A DNA stretch of 52,933 nt, the filler included, from Jimgerdemannia flammicorona (lineage: Eukaryota): NCBI GenBank assembly GCA_003990765.1. It is 2 parts of 2 records of this genome, joined end to end, with 100 filler letters (N's around TTAATTAATTAA, not from the genome) between each part and the next. Parts side by side here need not be neighbours in the genome. Positions count along the whole stretch, not along the records: positions 26,524 to 52,933 come from RBNJ01000731.1; 1 more part is not named here. The stretch is one strand, 5' to 3'. The position numbers and the translations under genes are program-made. A model generated the notes under the pieces. That model searched no databases, had not been told where the DNA came from, and saw only the letters and a list, made by a program, of their open reading frames with translations. Below, piece by piece: positions 37,520 through 50,125 of the stretch. Position 1 is the stretch's first letter, and each line of letters begins with the position of its first letter.

Positions 37520-40200
37520 TTATTTTAACATAGACAAACTCTTCATGAATGTTGATGCTGTAGTTGCCAATGACCGAATTTGTACTTGAATAGCTCTATC
37601 AATTTTTTGAGATCAGCAAACTAAGGATCTGAACAAGGTAATGTTTTTATAGACCTTTTATGTCTACTTGTTGGTTGTCTTGTCTCTATATTTTATGAAT
37701 AATTTAGACCTAGGAGAATAATTGAAAAGATATCTGAACCTAACATTGGTAGTTCCAGCACTATTACAGAACTACTACCAAGAATATCAAGTCTACCAAA
37801 AATCACAGCAGATCTAATAATCACTCTATCAAGCCATTAGTCTATAAGCTCACCCATCTCAGTAATATCATAAAAGAGTCAATTTCAAATTACAATCAAC
37901 ATACTACAATAACAAAAGAAGAACCTCAACTATCTCACTAAATAGATAATAGAGATAGTAGAATAATATTAGTAGATAACAAGATAGTAGTACTAGCTGA
38001 ATAAGTAGCTATACTTACTCAAATTCTTTATCTTAGTATTGAAACAAACAAATCCACTAAAGGCCTCTGTCTCATACTATTCAAAAGTAAAGTAGACTAA
38101 GTAACAACATTTATAGGACAAGTTGACACTAATTATTAATGGATAAAATAATAATCAGAACTCAAACAGTACTCTCAATAATAATAAGCACTATGAGATT
38201 GAAGATCTCTATATAACTATAGACTCATAAGTATAAAAAGTTACTATCTATTTTATAGATATAGCTGCTCAGTAGTACCACAATCTATCAGTATACTCTC
38301 TTATCTGAAAAATCTATACTGAAATTGATACAAGTAAAGGAGATAATGATCACTTTAACTATAAGTTTACTTAACTACTGTAGACCTAAAGAAATTAATC
38401 ATCCAATAATTCCACAGCTCTGCCCATATTGCCAAAGTCAGAATCAATCTCAAGAATCTTTAATTTTATAATAATAAAAAAGAAGATCTTAAAGTATTTG
38501 CTATAAGACTAAAAATTCTTCTAAATACTATATGTAAGAGCAAAATACAGCTAATGAGAATAGACTGTAAATAGAACCTGAGCCATCTATTTCTTTGATA
38601 CCATCTCTGGATGATTATTAGAGAAAATTTATAAATAAGAATAACTCTATAATTGCCCACATAAGTAATAGTGTCTATAATAAGCTATTATCAGATTATA
38701 TACTATTCTTACAGCTCAAAGGCTAAGAGACAATAGAAACAATAATAAAGGAGACAAACAATATCAAATTGAAAAAAAGTATGAAACTCAGAATAAGTCC
38801 TCAAGACTACAAAATAGATTTAAAAAACTATCTGATAAGAAAATAGAAAAACTTATAAAAAAAGAAGTATATTTTTACTACAAAAAGAGAGAACATACAT
38901 ATGTCTCATAAATACTCTGATAAGAAGACCAATATAAATAAAGAACTATTCTTCTTATATACTATTATTATGATAGGAGATAACTCTAAAGGAATCTCTG
39001 AAAAAATTAAGGTTAAGAGATTCTATATTATTATAAAAATTCTAAACACATCATATGAATCAAATACTAGCTATAATATCTACTCTAGTATAGAAGTAAC
39101 TATCAAACCAAGTAAGTAAGTAACTATTAACACAGATGTTAGAATAGAAGCCTCCAAAGAAACCTATATCTGTTTTATAAAAAAGAACAGTCTGGTCAAG
39201 AAAGAGAGACTCTATATAATTAGAGAAGTTATAGACCAAGAATTTAAAGGTAAAATCAAGTTCTGCTATATAATACTAGACAGAAGACAGTTGAAATCAT
39301 ATGTGGAAAATAAATTGCCCATATTGTCATTGAGATAATATGCAATAATCTTAAATTTGAAGAAACAAATGAACTATCACTTTCTGATAAAGAAGAAAAA
39401 GCTTTTAGATCAACAAAAAAGTACCTAAGGCCAAAGAGAAGGCCAAGATATAGAAGATTATCTATATTAAAGAACCTAAGATCAAGACTAGAAATAGTTA
39501 TCAAAATTAAGTATATTGCTAGAACTAAGAATAAAGTAGCTGATGCTCTCTCCCAGAGTACTCAGAAAGACAACCTCACTGTGATTAATAACATTATCAC
39601 TAGCCTATTTGAAGAAGTTAAGAAAGAGTATACCAAGGATATCATTATATAAAAAATCATTAAATAAATCTTTAAAAAAGGAAGCAATATCATGAAGAAG
39701 GTCTATAAGAATATATCTGTCCAAAATGGATATATATATCTTAATAATATAAGAATTTAGATCTCTGACATCTCTATCTACTTATAAATCCTATAAGAAC
39801 TACATAATATACCACTTAGTCAATATCACCAATATTATCAGTAATAACCAAAGAATATCTTCACCCTGACTACTCCCCAGAACCAAGCTGAAGAAGTCAA
39901 TAGAATCATCACTGAGTAGACTGAGATCTATATCAGCTAAGAGAAATTTGACAGACTTAACAATGAAATCACCTAAGAAATATTCAACACATTTATCATA
40001 CTTAACAAAGAAGTCACCCACACTCAAGGAGTCAGAAAAGAATTTGAAAGATTAATCAGCAGCTACTTTGATGAGAAATGTATAAGAGAATCTATTGAAG
40101 CTGCAAGTGAACATTTCCTGAATCTCCTCCTCAACAATTGCTCACATGCTGAAACCAACCTCCCGATCAAGCAGTTCACAGAACAAGTAGTCTGTGGCGG
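37520..40200 (+). mobile_element. Heavily mutated Ty3/Gypsy remnant
   Basis: IKYIARTKNKVADALSQ at ~39505-39555 (RNase H end motif) followed by an integrase-Zn-like IL.ELHN.P; AT-rich, nearly no CpG, many stops. Confidence 0.7.
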
Positions 40201-42168
40201 GGATTTCGGGTGGTGGTACAATATCAAGCTCTAAAAAAAGGAGATATCCTCTCCGTAGAGTTGTGCAGGATTGTGGAAAGTGAGTAGCGAGGGACCATTT
40301 TGTGTTTAGTGATGCTTTTATGAGTCATATCCAATGGAAACTTATTCCCTCTAATCCTTCATCCTGGCACTATTGCGAAAGCACATGTACTGAACCCGAT
40401 GAGCACAAGATCCAAGAGCGGATACACAAGATCGATTTTTTTAAAAAAAAAATTCCAGATCTCTGTGCTCGGAGAACACCAGCAAGTGTGTGCGTACTTC
40501 TCTTGGGCTGGGTTGGGCTGAGTGGGGTTGTGTTAGGTTGTGTATCGACTTTCGTGATCAGTCGAAATCCGTCGCATGGTTCATATGTCTTGCTTGTCTC
40601 GCTTTCCAATTTCCCTTTTCACCACAACCCGCATCTTCCCTGGGCCTATGATCCCCCACAACCCAACAAGGATTACGGAGGATGCCGAACTAAACATTGA
40701 TCATTCTCTGGGCGCTGTTGTGAGGCTTGGAGGCAAATTCGCAATCGAAAGACCAAACATGGATCGACGCGCTAAATAATTACCGTTGCGCGATTCGCGA
40801 TGAGAGCCCTGCCCCAGCAGGGCTACTGCGCTTTTCGAAGGAGAAGTCATTGACGGTTTGTCGGTTGCTGCCCTCAAAAATGTCAAGGATTGTTCCGCGG
40901 ATGAAATTGGGAATGTGGATGTATTGATTGCTCCATGTTGTCCCACAAAATATGGTCATGCAATATATGGAACCTAACACCTGATAATGACCTGGTGACC
41001 ATGATATTAAAAAAAAGCTTCAAGCCCGTATCACTGGAAGACCTTGTGTTCGTGAGCGCCCAATTGCAAAATAAACTTTGGCCTGAAAACAATATTTGGT
41101 ACTAGGGTTTGTCAGGAAACCGAGGTGGTTGTGAAATCGCTATGGTTCACCACAGCACCGTTTCCCTTTCACTATCCGTTTGTTTTGTAAATGCGAACAA
41201 GGCTTCTCCTTCCGAGTTCGTAAAATGCTAAGCACAATGCAATTTATCTGGTACCAGTTTATCTTGGGGACGGTTGGCGTCACTTCCATTACTTCCATTA
41301 TTTCCATTGTGACAAATGGCAAAACGTCTGTCGACGGATCAAAGGAGATATTTCAAGTTGATGATCACGGTGAGAGGTATATGTGATAGGCTATTCTTTT
41401 TTTTAAGATTTAATCGATCTAGCATCGATCAAGACAGTGCTACAAGGATACGCCCAGCATATGGCGGCCAGTTGGAAAATCTTATTTCAAACACCGCAGA
41501 GGTATTACCACCAGAGGTTTCGGACTCTTCCCAAAACACTCGGCCCTTTCGTATTCCCGTTTTGAAGTCTTCAAGTTTCCAATCGTCGAACTGGCTCATG
41601 AGCACCGCGTGTACGTCCGTCCTGGTACAGTTTGCGATACCCTCTGCGACCAATGGTGGGACGGTCCAAGTTCCTGCAGTGAAGTCCCCGTTATCGACTC
41701 TTGCCCTGTTGGACCTTAAAAAACGAATCTCCTGTATAAATCTGTCCCCGATCGTTTACCATCTTTTGAATGGAATAATCGATACAAGTATTACGATTTT
41801 TACCTTTAACTCGAATAATATCTCGCTGTAATGAGATTGTCCCCCCTCCATAAAAGACCGAAGTATATCTTGTCAGTTTTAGATACTATGTCAGTCCTTG
41901 AGTGGCACCAACTAACTATAAAAGGCTACCATATCCTAAAAGGTTTCCAATCGAGACGGTACGCCAAACCTGACTTGTTTGGGCTCAACGTGGCGCTTGT
42001 ATCACGAACCAATTGGCGCTTGTTGTATCACGAAACAATTTTTTTTCGAAGTTACCAAATCTCCAAAACGGTTCACTTAGCTAGGTTCGCGCAGTGTGAT
42101 TCTTCACACCAATCGGTTCACGCCCGGATGTCAATAGTTACAGACAATAGCCAATTAAATCGGGAAAC

Positions 42169-42270
42169 CCAATCCCATCAATTGCATTGCTGATTTGCGC
42201 CAATCTCATTAATTGCACCGCCAATCCCATCAATTGCACCGCTGATTTGCGCCAATCCCATCAATGGCAC
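42169..42270 (+). repeat. Tandem repeats CCAATCCCATCAATTGCA / GCTGATTTGCG
   Basis: Four CCAATC(C/T)CAT units with two interleaved GCTGATTTGCG units. Confidence 0.75.
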
Positions 42271-43121
42271 ATAAAATGAGCGCTTCGAAATGGTTCTCGC
42301 AATTCGTATTCAAATTGGCGTACCGCCATTTCCGGATAGTCTCACGTCATTCAATTTTATTGGTGGTTACATCGTACACATCGTAGCCATATTTTGTGAT
42401 GATAGTTACTAATATTTCCAACCATGGGCGACACGAGCGAAATGACGCACGTTTCTCTATGACTTATTTTAACTGCCACTCAATAACTACTGTCAAACAT
42501 ATTGCGGGATTTGAAAGTGGGGCTTCGTCAACGGAATTGGGATTGGAACCAGAACCATTGAGAATTCTGCGTAGAAAGGAGGGCGTGTCGATGCAGGTGT
42601 ATGTTCAGGAAACTTGCCCTTTTTTTTCTTGCTATAGGAAGAAATACCGGGTGCGTAATTTGATCGAATCCCAAATGGCAATGGCGTGACACAATGATTA
42701 GAGCACATACTCTACAATTGCCGACATTATTTCTCCTTAAAAAAAGGGGGAAGTGCAGAAAGTAGACGCAAGGATGTTATTTGTCAATCACGATTATAGA
42801 CGAGGCTTGGAAGATTTGGGTGGAACTATTAAACCTAATTACTGCAGAAATTTGTCGCTCGACTGAAACAAAGCCGAATGGCTATCTTTCTTAGTAAAAT
42901 GTCCAAATCCAGACAAAATCGGTGAACAAAAAAGAAAACGTGAGGTTTCCACGTGGCGCTTTCGACCACTATTCATTTCGTGGCACTCGCGCCAGGAAAC
43001 GTAATTTCCCGATAGTGATTTTTATTTGTCCAACGGTACATATTCAGGAGCGCGCCCGATTTCACGGCACTCTCATTGTATAAATAATCGAGCTCAATAT
43101 TCGCCAAGAGCAGTACTCAAC

Positions 43122-45644
43122 ATGATCCATTTGAAATTTTCAATCCTTGCTTCGGCACTACTTGGCGTCCTCTCAGCGGTCGGCGACGCGGCTTCGGTGA
43201 CCCCGTACAAGTGGGGCAACGTCAAGATTGGCGGCGGAGGCTTTGTCCCTGGCATTGTTTATTCCTCAACCCAGTCAGGTTTACTGTATGCGCGCACCGA
43301 CATTGGTGGAGCCTACCGTTGGACGGCGAGCAAACCGCAGTGGACCCCCATTACGGACATCTTTAGCGCAGCATCTTCGAATTTTCTCGGAGTCGAAAGT
43401 ATCGCGACCGATGCAAAGGATCCGAAGCGTCTTTATATTGCTGTCGGTCAGTACGTGAAATCATGGGCCGGAAACGGGGCCATTCTTGCGTCAAAGGTAA
43501 ATTCATTTGAGCATACGCTATTGCAAATGTCCGCTGGCAAGTGAGTCCAATATTGACAATGCCTTCTTTGTAGAATCAAGGCAATACGTGGACCACCCAA
43601 TGGAATGCTTCGTTCCCGATGGGAAGCAATGAGGATGGACGCGGCGCTGGCGAACGTCTGGCAGTCAACCCGGTCAACAACAATATCATCTTTTTCGGCT
43701 CTCGAACAGCCGGATTGTGGATGAGTACGAATTACGGCCAGTCGTTCACTCTGGTGACCAGGTTAGGAAAATAAAAAAATTCTTTAGCAAAGGCGTGTTT
43801 TTTGGGAGCGTAACGTCATTAGATTTAACAATGGATTATATATTGTTATAATAACCGAATCTTTAGTTACCCGACGCCACCCACTGATAACAACGGCAAA
43901 GGAATTGTCTTTGTTCAATTCGCTCCGAATACACGAGGTCAAACCGTGTTTGCGGGTTCCCACGACTTCAACAACCCCTTGTACCGTAGTACTAACGGCG
44001 GGAAGACTTGGTCAAGTGTTTCGGGACAACCAAAGGGTTATTTCCCTATGCGCAGTGCCTTTTCTTCCGACGGTCGCTCCCTTTACGTGACTTACAGCAA
44101 CGGCCCCGGACCCAATGGTGTGACAAACGGTGCAGTATGGAAATATACTCTCTCAAGCGGCGAGTGGACCGACATCACCCCAAAGAAGCCCAAGGTGAAC
44201 TCCAACCCATCTTTCGGTTATTCTGGGGTTTCCACGGATGCAAAGAATCCAGAAATCGTTGTCGTTTCTACAATTAACAATTGGGCCTTGGGTGACGACG
44301 TCTATCGAAGTCTTGATGGTGGATCGACTTGGAAATCGCTCAAATCGACCGCCGTCCAGGATATAAAGGTGGCACCCTGGTTGAAATTTGGCAAAACCGC
44401 ACCTGGTTTCGGCTGGTGGATCTCAGATGTGAAGATTGATCCATTCAATTCCAATAGAATTCTATATGTAACCGGTGCTACTATCTACGGTTCAACCGAC
44501 GTGAACAATGCTGACTCTGGAAAGCAAACGCATTGGAGCCCCGTAACGAAAGGATTGGAAGAAACTTCGGTCCAAGGTACGGAGAAAGGAAATATAGAGG
44601 CAAGCAATAGGAATACAGCAGACCGGTTTAATTTAAACTAATCTATTTCACTGTTTTCGTTGCCAGATTTGGCCTCCCCACCTAGTGGGCCCGCGCTGTT
44701 TGATGCCATTGGCGATCTCGGAGGCTTCACCCATCAAAACGTAAGCAGGGCTGCTCAAATGTGGACCAACCCCATGTGCAGCTCCGGCAGCTCGGTCAAC
44801 TTCGCTGGTCAGAAACCCAGTTATGTTGCTCGTGCGGGTACGGATGGTGGAGGGTATAGCGTAAATGCTGGGAAGACGTGGAAGAAATTCACCGGTGTCC
44901 CACCTAATGGTTCTGGCGGTTTGGGAAAGATCGCTGTGTCAGCCGACGGCAAGACTATCGTGTGGACACCTTCCAATGCCGATGCATATTGGTCTCGGAA
45001 TAACGGCACAAATTGGACTGCGGTTTCTGGGCTCAATCCTGCCAATCTCGCTGTTGTTGCTGACGGTTGGGACCCGAAGACCTTCTACGCATACGACACC
45101 AACAGTGGGACTCTTTGGGCTAGTACTAACTCGGGCAAGGTAAAGATTTAACAAGATCAACCTCTGCGATTTCCAAATCATTCTGTGATCAACACTAACA
45201 AAATCTTGCGTTCAAATGTATTGGCAGACATTCGTCAAGCGTGCCACTGGCGTCGTAACTGGTTCTGGGGTTCTGAACACAGTCTATGGCAGCAAGGGAA
45301 CTGGAGATCTGTGGCTTGCATCTGACGACGGTTTATATCATTCGACCAACGGTGGTAAGACATTCTCAAAAATTACAGGCGTGACTTCTGCTGAAGCTGT
45401 CGGATTTGGAGCACCCGCATCTGGCTCTTCCTACTCTGTCACTGTGTATATTGCTGGTGTTGTTGACGGGTTCTACGGCGTCCATCGTTCGGTGGACGGT
45501 GGTACCACCTGGACTCAGCTGAACGATGCGAAGCATCAGTGGGGTTGGATTGGGAAGAAGGTCATCGGTGATCCCAGAAAGTTTGGGAGAGTTTACGTGG
45601 CCACAAATGGGCGAGGCATTGTCCTTGGTGATGACGCTTCATAG
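43122..45644 (+). CDS. Secreted GH74 xyloglucanase (exons ~43122-43496, 43574-43761, 43867-44577, 44668-45139, 45228-45644)
   Basis: Signal peptide; YKWGNVKIGGGGFVPG..LYARTDIGGAYRW (catalytic Asp), GSNEDGRGAGERLAVNP, GWWISDVKIDPFNS, GLEET, IGDLGGF (second catalytic Asp), GDPRKFGRVYVATNGRGI; BNR/Asp-box repeats. Confidence 0.96.
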
Positions 45645-46199
45645 TTCCATCCGCATTCTACTTGTTTTTCTTGTTGTGTTTTATCAATTTGTATTGCTTT
45701 TGAACATATACAAATACGTCGTATGTGAATTAAGAATGTTTATAATGAAATAAAAGAGATCGAATTTGAAGTTCCTAGATTACGAGGCAGATGTATTCCC
45801 ATTCAATCGAGTTGACAAGAAGATTATAGAAACGCCACTCTCTTCCGCCGATAATGGTCCAGCTTCAGTTGTCATTATTATTCTTATTATTTTGTGGAAC
45901 CCTCCTAGATAATTGAATGTGGAGCATCAACTTGGAGGATTTTTTTCGATACATTGTAATCATCACGAAATGTGTATTATGTTTTCAGTATCAACTTTTG
46001 ATTACGATGTTATTACTGTTGAATATAATAATAAAAATAATTAAAACCTTTCAACATTATAAACAGAAATGCAACTATATAAGCTATGAACCAAGTATTC
46101 TACACATCAAACTACAATAGTAGTATTCTGGATCTAAAAAAACCTCCAATATCTCCAGAAAGCTTTCTTGCATCTCGTTGACGTAGCTCACATCCACGG

Positions 46200-48120
46200 C
46201 AAAGCTCTCTCTCTCTCTCAACCCTCTTCCTTCTCCTACACCAGCACGCTTCGACGACAAGTTCCTACATTCGTTTTTCGCATGTTTGGTTCAAGACTCC
46301 AACATCATTACCATAGCCCGAGGCACATAAACCATCTCAGGTTATGTACGGGTACGCTATGCGCGGCTAGCAAAGGACTTGGTCTCGAAAGAGGGGTATT
46401 CTCTCTCCGTCCTCGTGCAATTCCTTCTATTACTTTCCTCAGTTAAAATCTCCAGGTGAGTAAAACTTCGCTGTGGACCACAATCCTTGTTAACCTCTGT
46501 TTGGACGAACATGCACATTGACGTCACTATCAATCCATACTCAACTGTCTCTACTATTTTCTTCTCTGGCAGCACGACCGTCTCATGTCTGACATTGCCT
46601 ACCTTCTACCTCAGCGCGACCATCTCAACCATCTTCTTCTATGAAAAGGAGCTAACCGGCAAGCATTTAAGGAAGGGATGGATGTCGATGAGGCGGAATT
46701 CGGACAGTACCCCATATCAGCAAGTGAATAAGCGTTTTTATCGTGCAGCCTATTTTTCATAGCCCTAGTATCATTTGACCCGGGTATCATCAATGTTAAT
46801 GTCGTCATTGTTCTTTGGAAGAGAGTCGATTGGCTATCGCAAATCTGTGCTTTTGGACTAAGCACACATGTCTGATAATTTATTCTATTTATCGCCTTGT
46901 AGAAATCAGCATATGAGACTCTTTCCAAGAAGGCGCGCCAAATTATTAATCAGGAAAATCCCGCGACATCCAAGAATAGAGGTTAATATATAACATGGGA
47001 CATCCATATCTTTAAACATTCCATTTTCGGTGTGATTAATTAAGTAAACGGCACTTGTCGGAAGCATGTCCGGTCGATGGAGGTGGCAAGGGTGGTCGAT
47101 GGAGGTGGCAAGGGTGGTCTGGAGGGAGGTCATGTCGGTGGCGAGGGTCGATTAGAGGGTGATCATATCGGTCGTGAGAGTGGATTTGAGAGTGTCCATG
47201 TCTGTCGTGAGAGTATCGATGATTTTGGTGTGTTCGCTAGGGTGGAGAAAGGGTGAAGCAGGATGAGTTCGTAATCCAAAGTCGAAATGAATGGATGAAA
47301 TGAATAATAAGCTGTAACTCACACCAAATGCGCCATATACGCCTCGAACCCACTCTGCACCCTCTCTACGAAGCTCGGCTTTGACATGGTCTTCCTCATA
47401 GGCCCCAACAACAACTGCATCTTGCCGATGGTCCTTGCCGTCTCTTCAATCTTTCCTCCTTCAATTGCGGTGGTCTCAACCTGAACCTTCCTTTCGCCCC
47501 TCCCCTCTCCCACTCGTCGACCACGCTCTTGGCCCTCTTCGCGACATCTTCCTATATCCCCAACTTGACCCGCTTGACGACCCCCTCTTCAAATCTCTTC
47601 GCGACCTCTTCCTCAATCTCCAACACTCTCTTCCCAAACACCGATGTCACCCTCTCTTCGACTCTCTCGGTAAACTCTTTGGCCGTTGCCTCTCCCACCT
47701 TCTTCGCCTGTGCCTCGATCCTTGTCTTCACGCTCGCAACGTCGTTCTCCAACTTTACCAGCCTTTCGGCGATGCCCATTGCATTCTCTAGAGTTGCCCG
47801 ATCCTGGTGAATGGCCGGTATGCACCCCTGCGACGCATTTCATCTTAGGGCCACCAGGAGACATAGTGTCGACTTCCAACAAGCTGCTCCCTTACCATCT
47901 TCCATACTCCCTTAAACCTCTACTGCCCCCTCTCTTCCTGTGCCCAAAAAACCTTGTTACCCTTTTTGGGCAGGTCCAATGACCGATTACACCAACGGTG
48001 AATGAGGTTGGTATAAGGTAGGGCTATCGCAAATTCGAAAATCTTACGCCCCGCACCGCCAAGACATGCGAGCCGATCTTCGACCTTGCCAGCAGTCACC
48101 TGCTGGACTCCTACCACGCG
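46200..48120 (-). other. Decayed coding remnants (coiled-coil and TLxTDM repeats), possibly TE ORF1-like
   Basis: Purine-rich minus strand gives coiled-coil-like segments (ERLVKLENDVASVKTRIE..) and 11-aa TLTTDMxTL repeats, interrupted by stops. Confidence 0.35.
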
Positions 48121-48874
48121 GACTTCAAGTCGCCGTCTCGAAGAGGTTGCATACTCGACGTCATTGTGCGTGCACCCAAATGAGATAAAGGTACCAATCC
48201 AGATAGGCCATAATAAATTTCACACTAATTGCGCCACCTCACAAACAAACATGTCCGACTTGCAAAAACTCAAGCCCGGTTTCGGAAAGCAAAGTGTGGC
48301 GCAGTGCGAGAAAAATAAAATGTCCGCCCTGAGCCTTTCCTATTTTTTTATAAATAGCAGATATTTGCATAGGTAATAAAGGGCAGTCTTGCAATATCTG
48401 AACAAGTGAAGTATCCGCGCACGATTGGTCGCTTCAATGTCTCGTCCGGTGGCCCTGCGCCCCTTTATCATCGATCAATTTCTGTGGAATCTCACAAAAG
48501 GGATGTCGCGTGTGTGCATCTGGATATGCTAATATATACGTATCTGAGCCCAATTTGCAAGTCACCAGATACCAAATACACATAGATACTGGAGCAGATA
48601 CACCCAGAGTAGATGTCAGAAAAAAAACTCGTGATGGGTTACCCCCCCCCCCTACGCTTCGCTCAATATCTGCATTATTAATCCTATACTTTAGCGACGG
48701 CCGGGGTTTGACCTCTCTGTCCAAATGCGCGTAAAGCCCATGATCACATATCTATATATAGATATATCATCACACGCTGCGCCAAACCGTCCGTGCATCC
48801 TGTGATGTGAATTTTAAAAAGGGTTGATTTCCTGAAAATATATATATATATATAAAAACCCGAAAACATTGCAG

Positions 48875-49815
48875 ACGACCGACAACAAGAAGATCGCCAT
48901 TTCCTGCATTGTCGCCAACGTCAACATGATAATCCCTTCGGATTCGGTCGGATTTATGGACGGAGGTCTTCGTGGAGTGCGATATGGACCATACCCCCTC
49001 ATTACTTCCATTAGTGTTGTCATGGACACTATCCGCAGCAACACCGGTCGGCATTCTAGTATTGCCTTTTCTGCTGGCCCCCCTGAATATAGAATGATCC
49101 GTCTCACCTCCGACATAGTCACCAGGAATCTCACGTTGCGACAGCTTGGACTGAAGGGAGGCACCATTTATAATATTGTAATTTCCGTATACGGAGGCGG
49201 AGGGCCCATGTTGGCTGAGTTTGACTTCTCAGATCTGGCGAACAAGAATGGTCCACAGATTCATCAGTGGTCCAACTCTGCCCCACCCTGGCGGATTGCA
49301 TTACCAGGATTGAATTTGGAAGGTAAGATATCTAGTTTCTTTTTATATTATTAATCACGAATGACAGTTCTCTAGGAAAATAAAATAATAATAAACATTA
49401 CTTTTCACCCTATCGACTAGGAACTTGCACCAACAGTTCCTGTGACGCCTACAACCACAATGTGATCGTCAATTGGCACCAACGCAACTTCAATTATGCG
49501 GAAGACGGAACCCTTTGCCGATGCCCGATATGTAAGGGATACATCACACCCGAAGTCTGCGCCTTCAATAACACATGGTGGAACTTCTACGGAACGAAGA
49601 GGGACAGTTCTGGTGAACCACTACGCGTGGTGAAAGGAAATAAATGGGAGCGCGCTGGAAACTCCTACAATATTTTCGACAAGGCGGTGAGTGGTGTTGC
49701 CAAATGGACCCAGCTTATGATTCTCGTTAGTCCCAGCGATCCTTATGGAGCGTGTCTTGTATGCTATGGTGCGCGTGATGGAGGGATTCGTTTGATTCGG
49801 TGCGGTCATAATTGA
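48875..49815 (+). CDS. Ubiquitin-like domain + Cys-rich 'APxWR..GLNLEGxCxNxxC' domain protein (5' exons uncertain; intron ~49323-49420)
   Basis: NLTLRQLGLKGGTIYNIVISVYGG (Ubl C-terminus), then WSNSAPPWRIALPGLNLEG|TCTNSSC..CRCPIC..CAFNNTWWNFYG; ends CLVC..CGHN* (truncated RING-like). Confidence 0.7.
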
Positions 49816-49984
49816 ATTGGAGCACACAGATGGGGTATCTAGTGTAAGTGATGGGGTTATCTAGTGCAACTGATAGTGTAAGTGAGGAGAATCAATAGAA
49901 CGCGAATCTGTATTCTTTTTCATTCTGAGCAATAAATTTTGAGGGAGACTTTGAACGTGCTAATTACGATATCTTTCTAAAGGC

Positions 49985-50125
49985 CACGTACCTTTGGCCT
50001 TAGCATTCACGTCCGCTCCGAATTTGTCCACGAGCTTCCTTGCCACCTCAACGTGGCCGACTCGTGCCATGCACCTGGAGCGAGCTCAAGACTTCACGAT
50101 TTCGACGTGCTGCCAGCAGAAGTGG
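49985..50125 (-). pseudogene. Ankyrin repeat remnant
   Basis: HVEIVKS* and ARVGHVEVARKLVDKFGADVNAK. Confidence 0.7.

Noticed and set aside
27374..45644. PER1 + glycosyltransferase + GH74 as a glycan gene cluster
   Set aside because: Unrelated pathways, and GH74 is separated from the other two by more than 12 kb of relics; no evidence of co-regulation.
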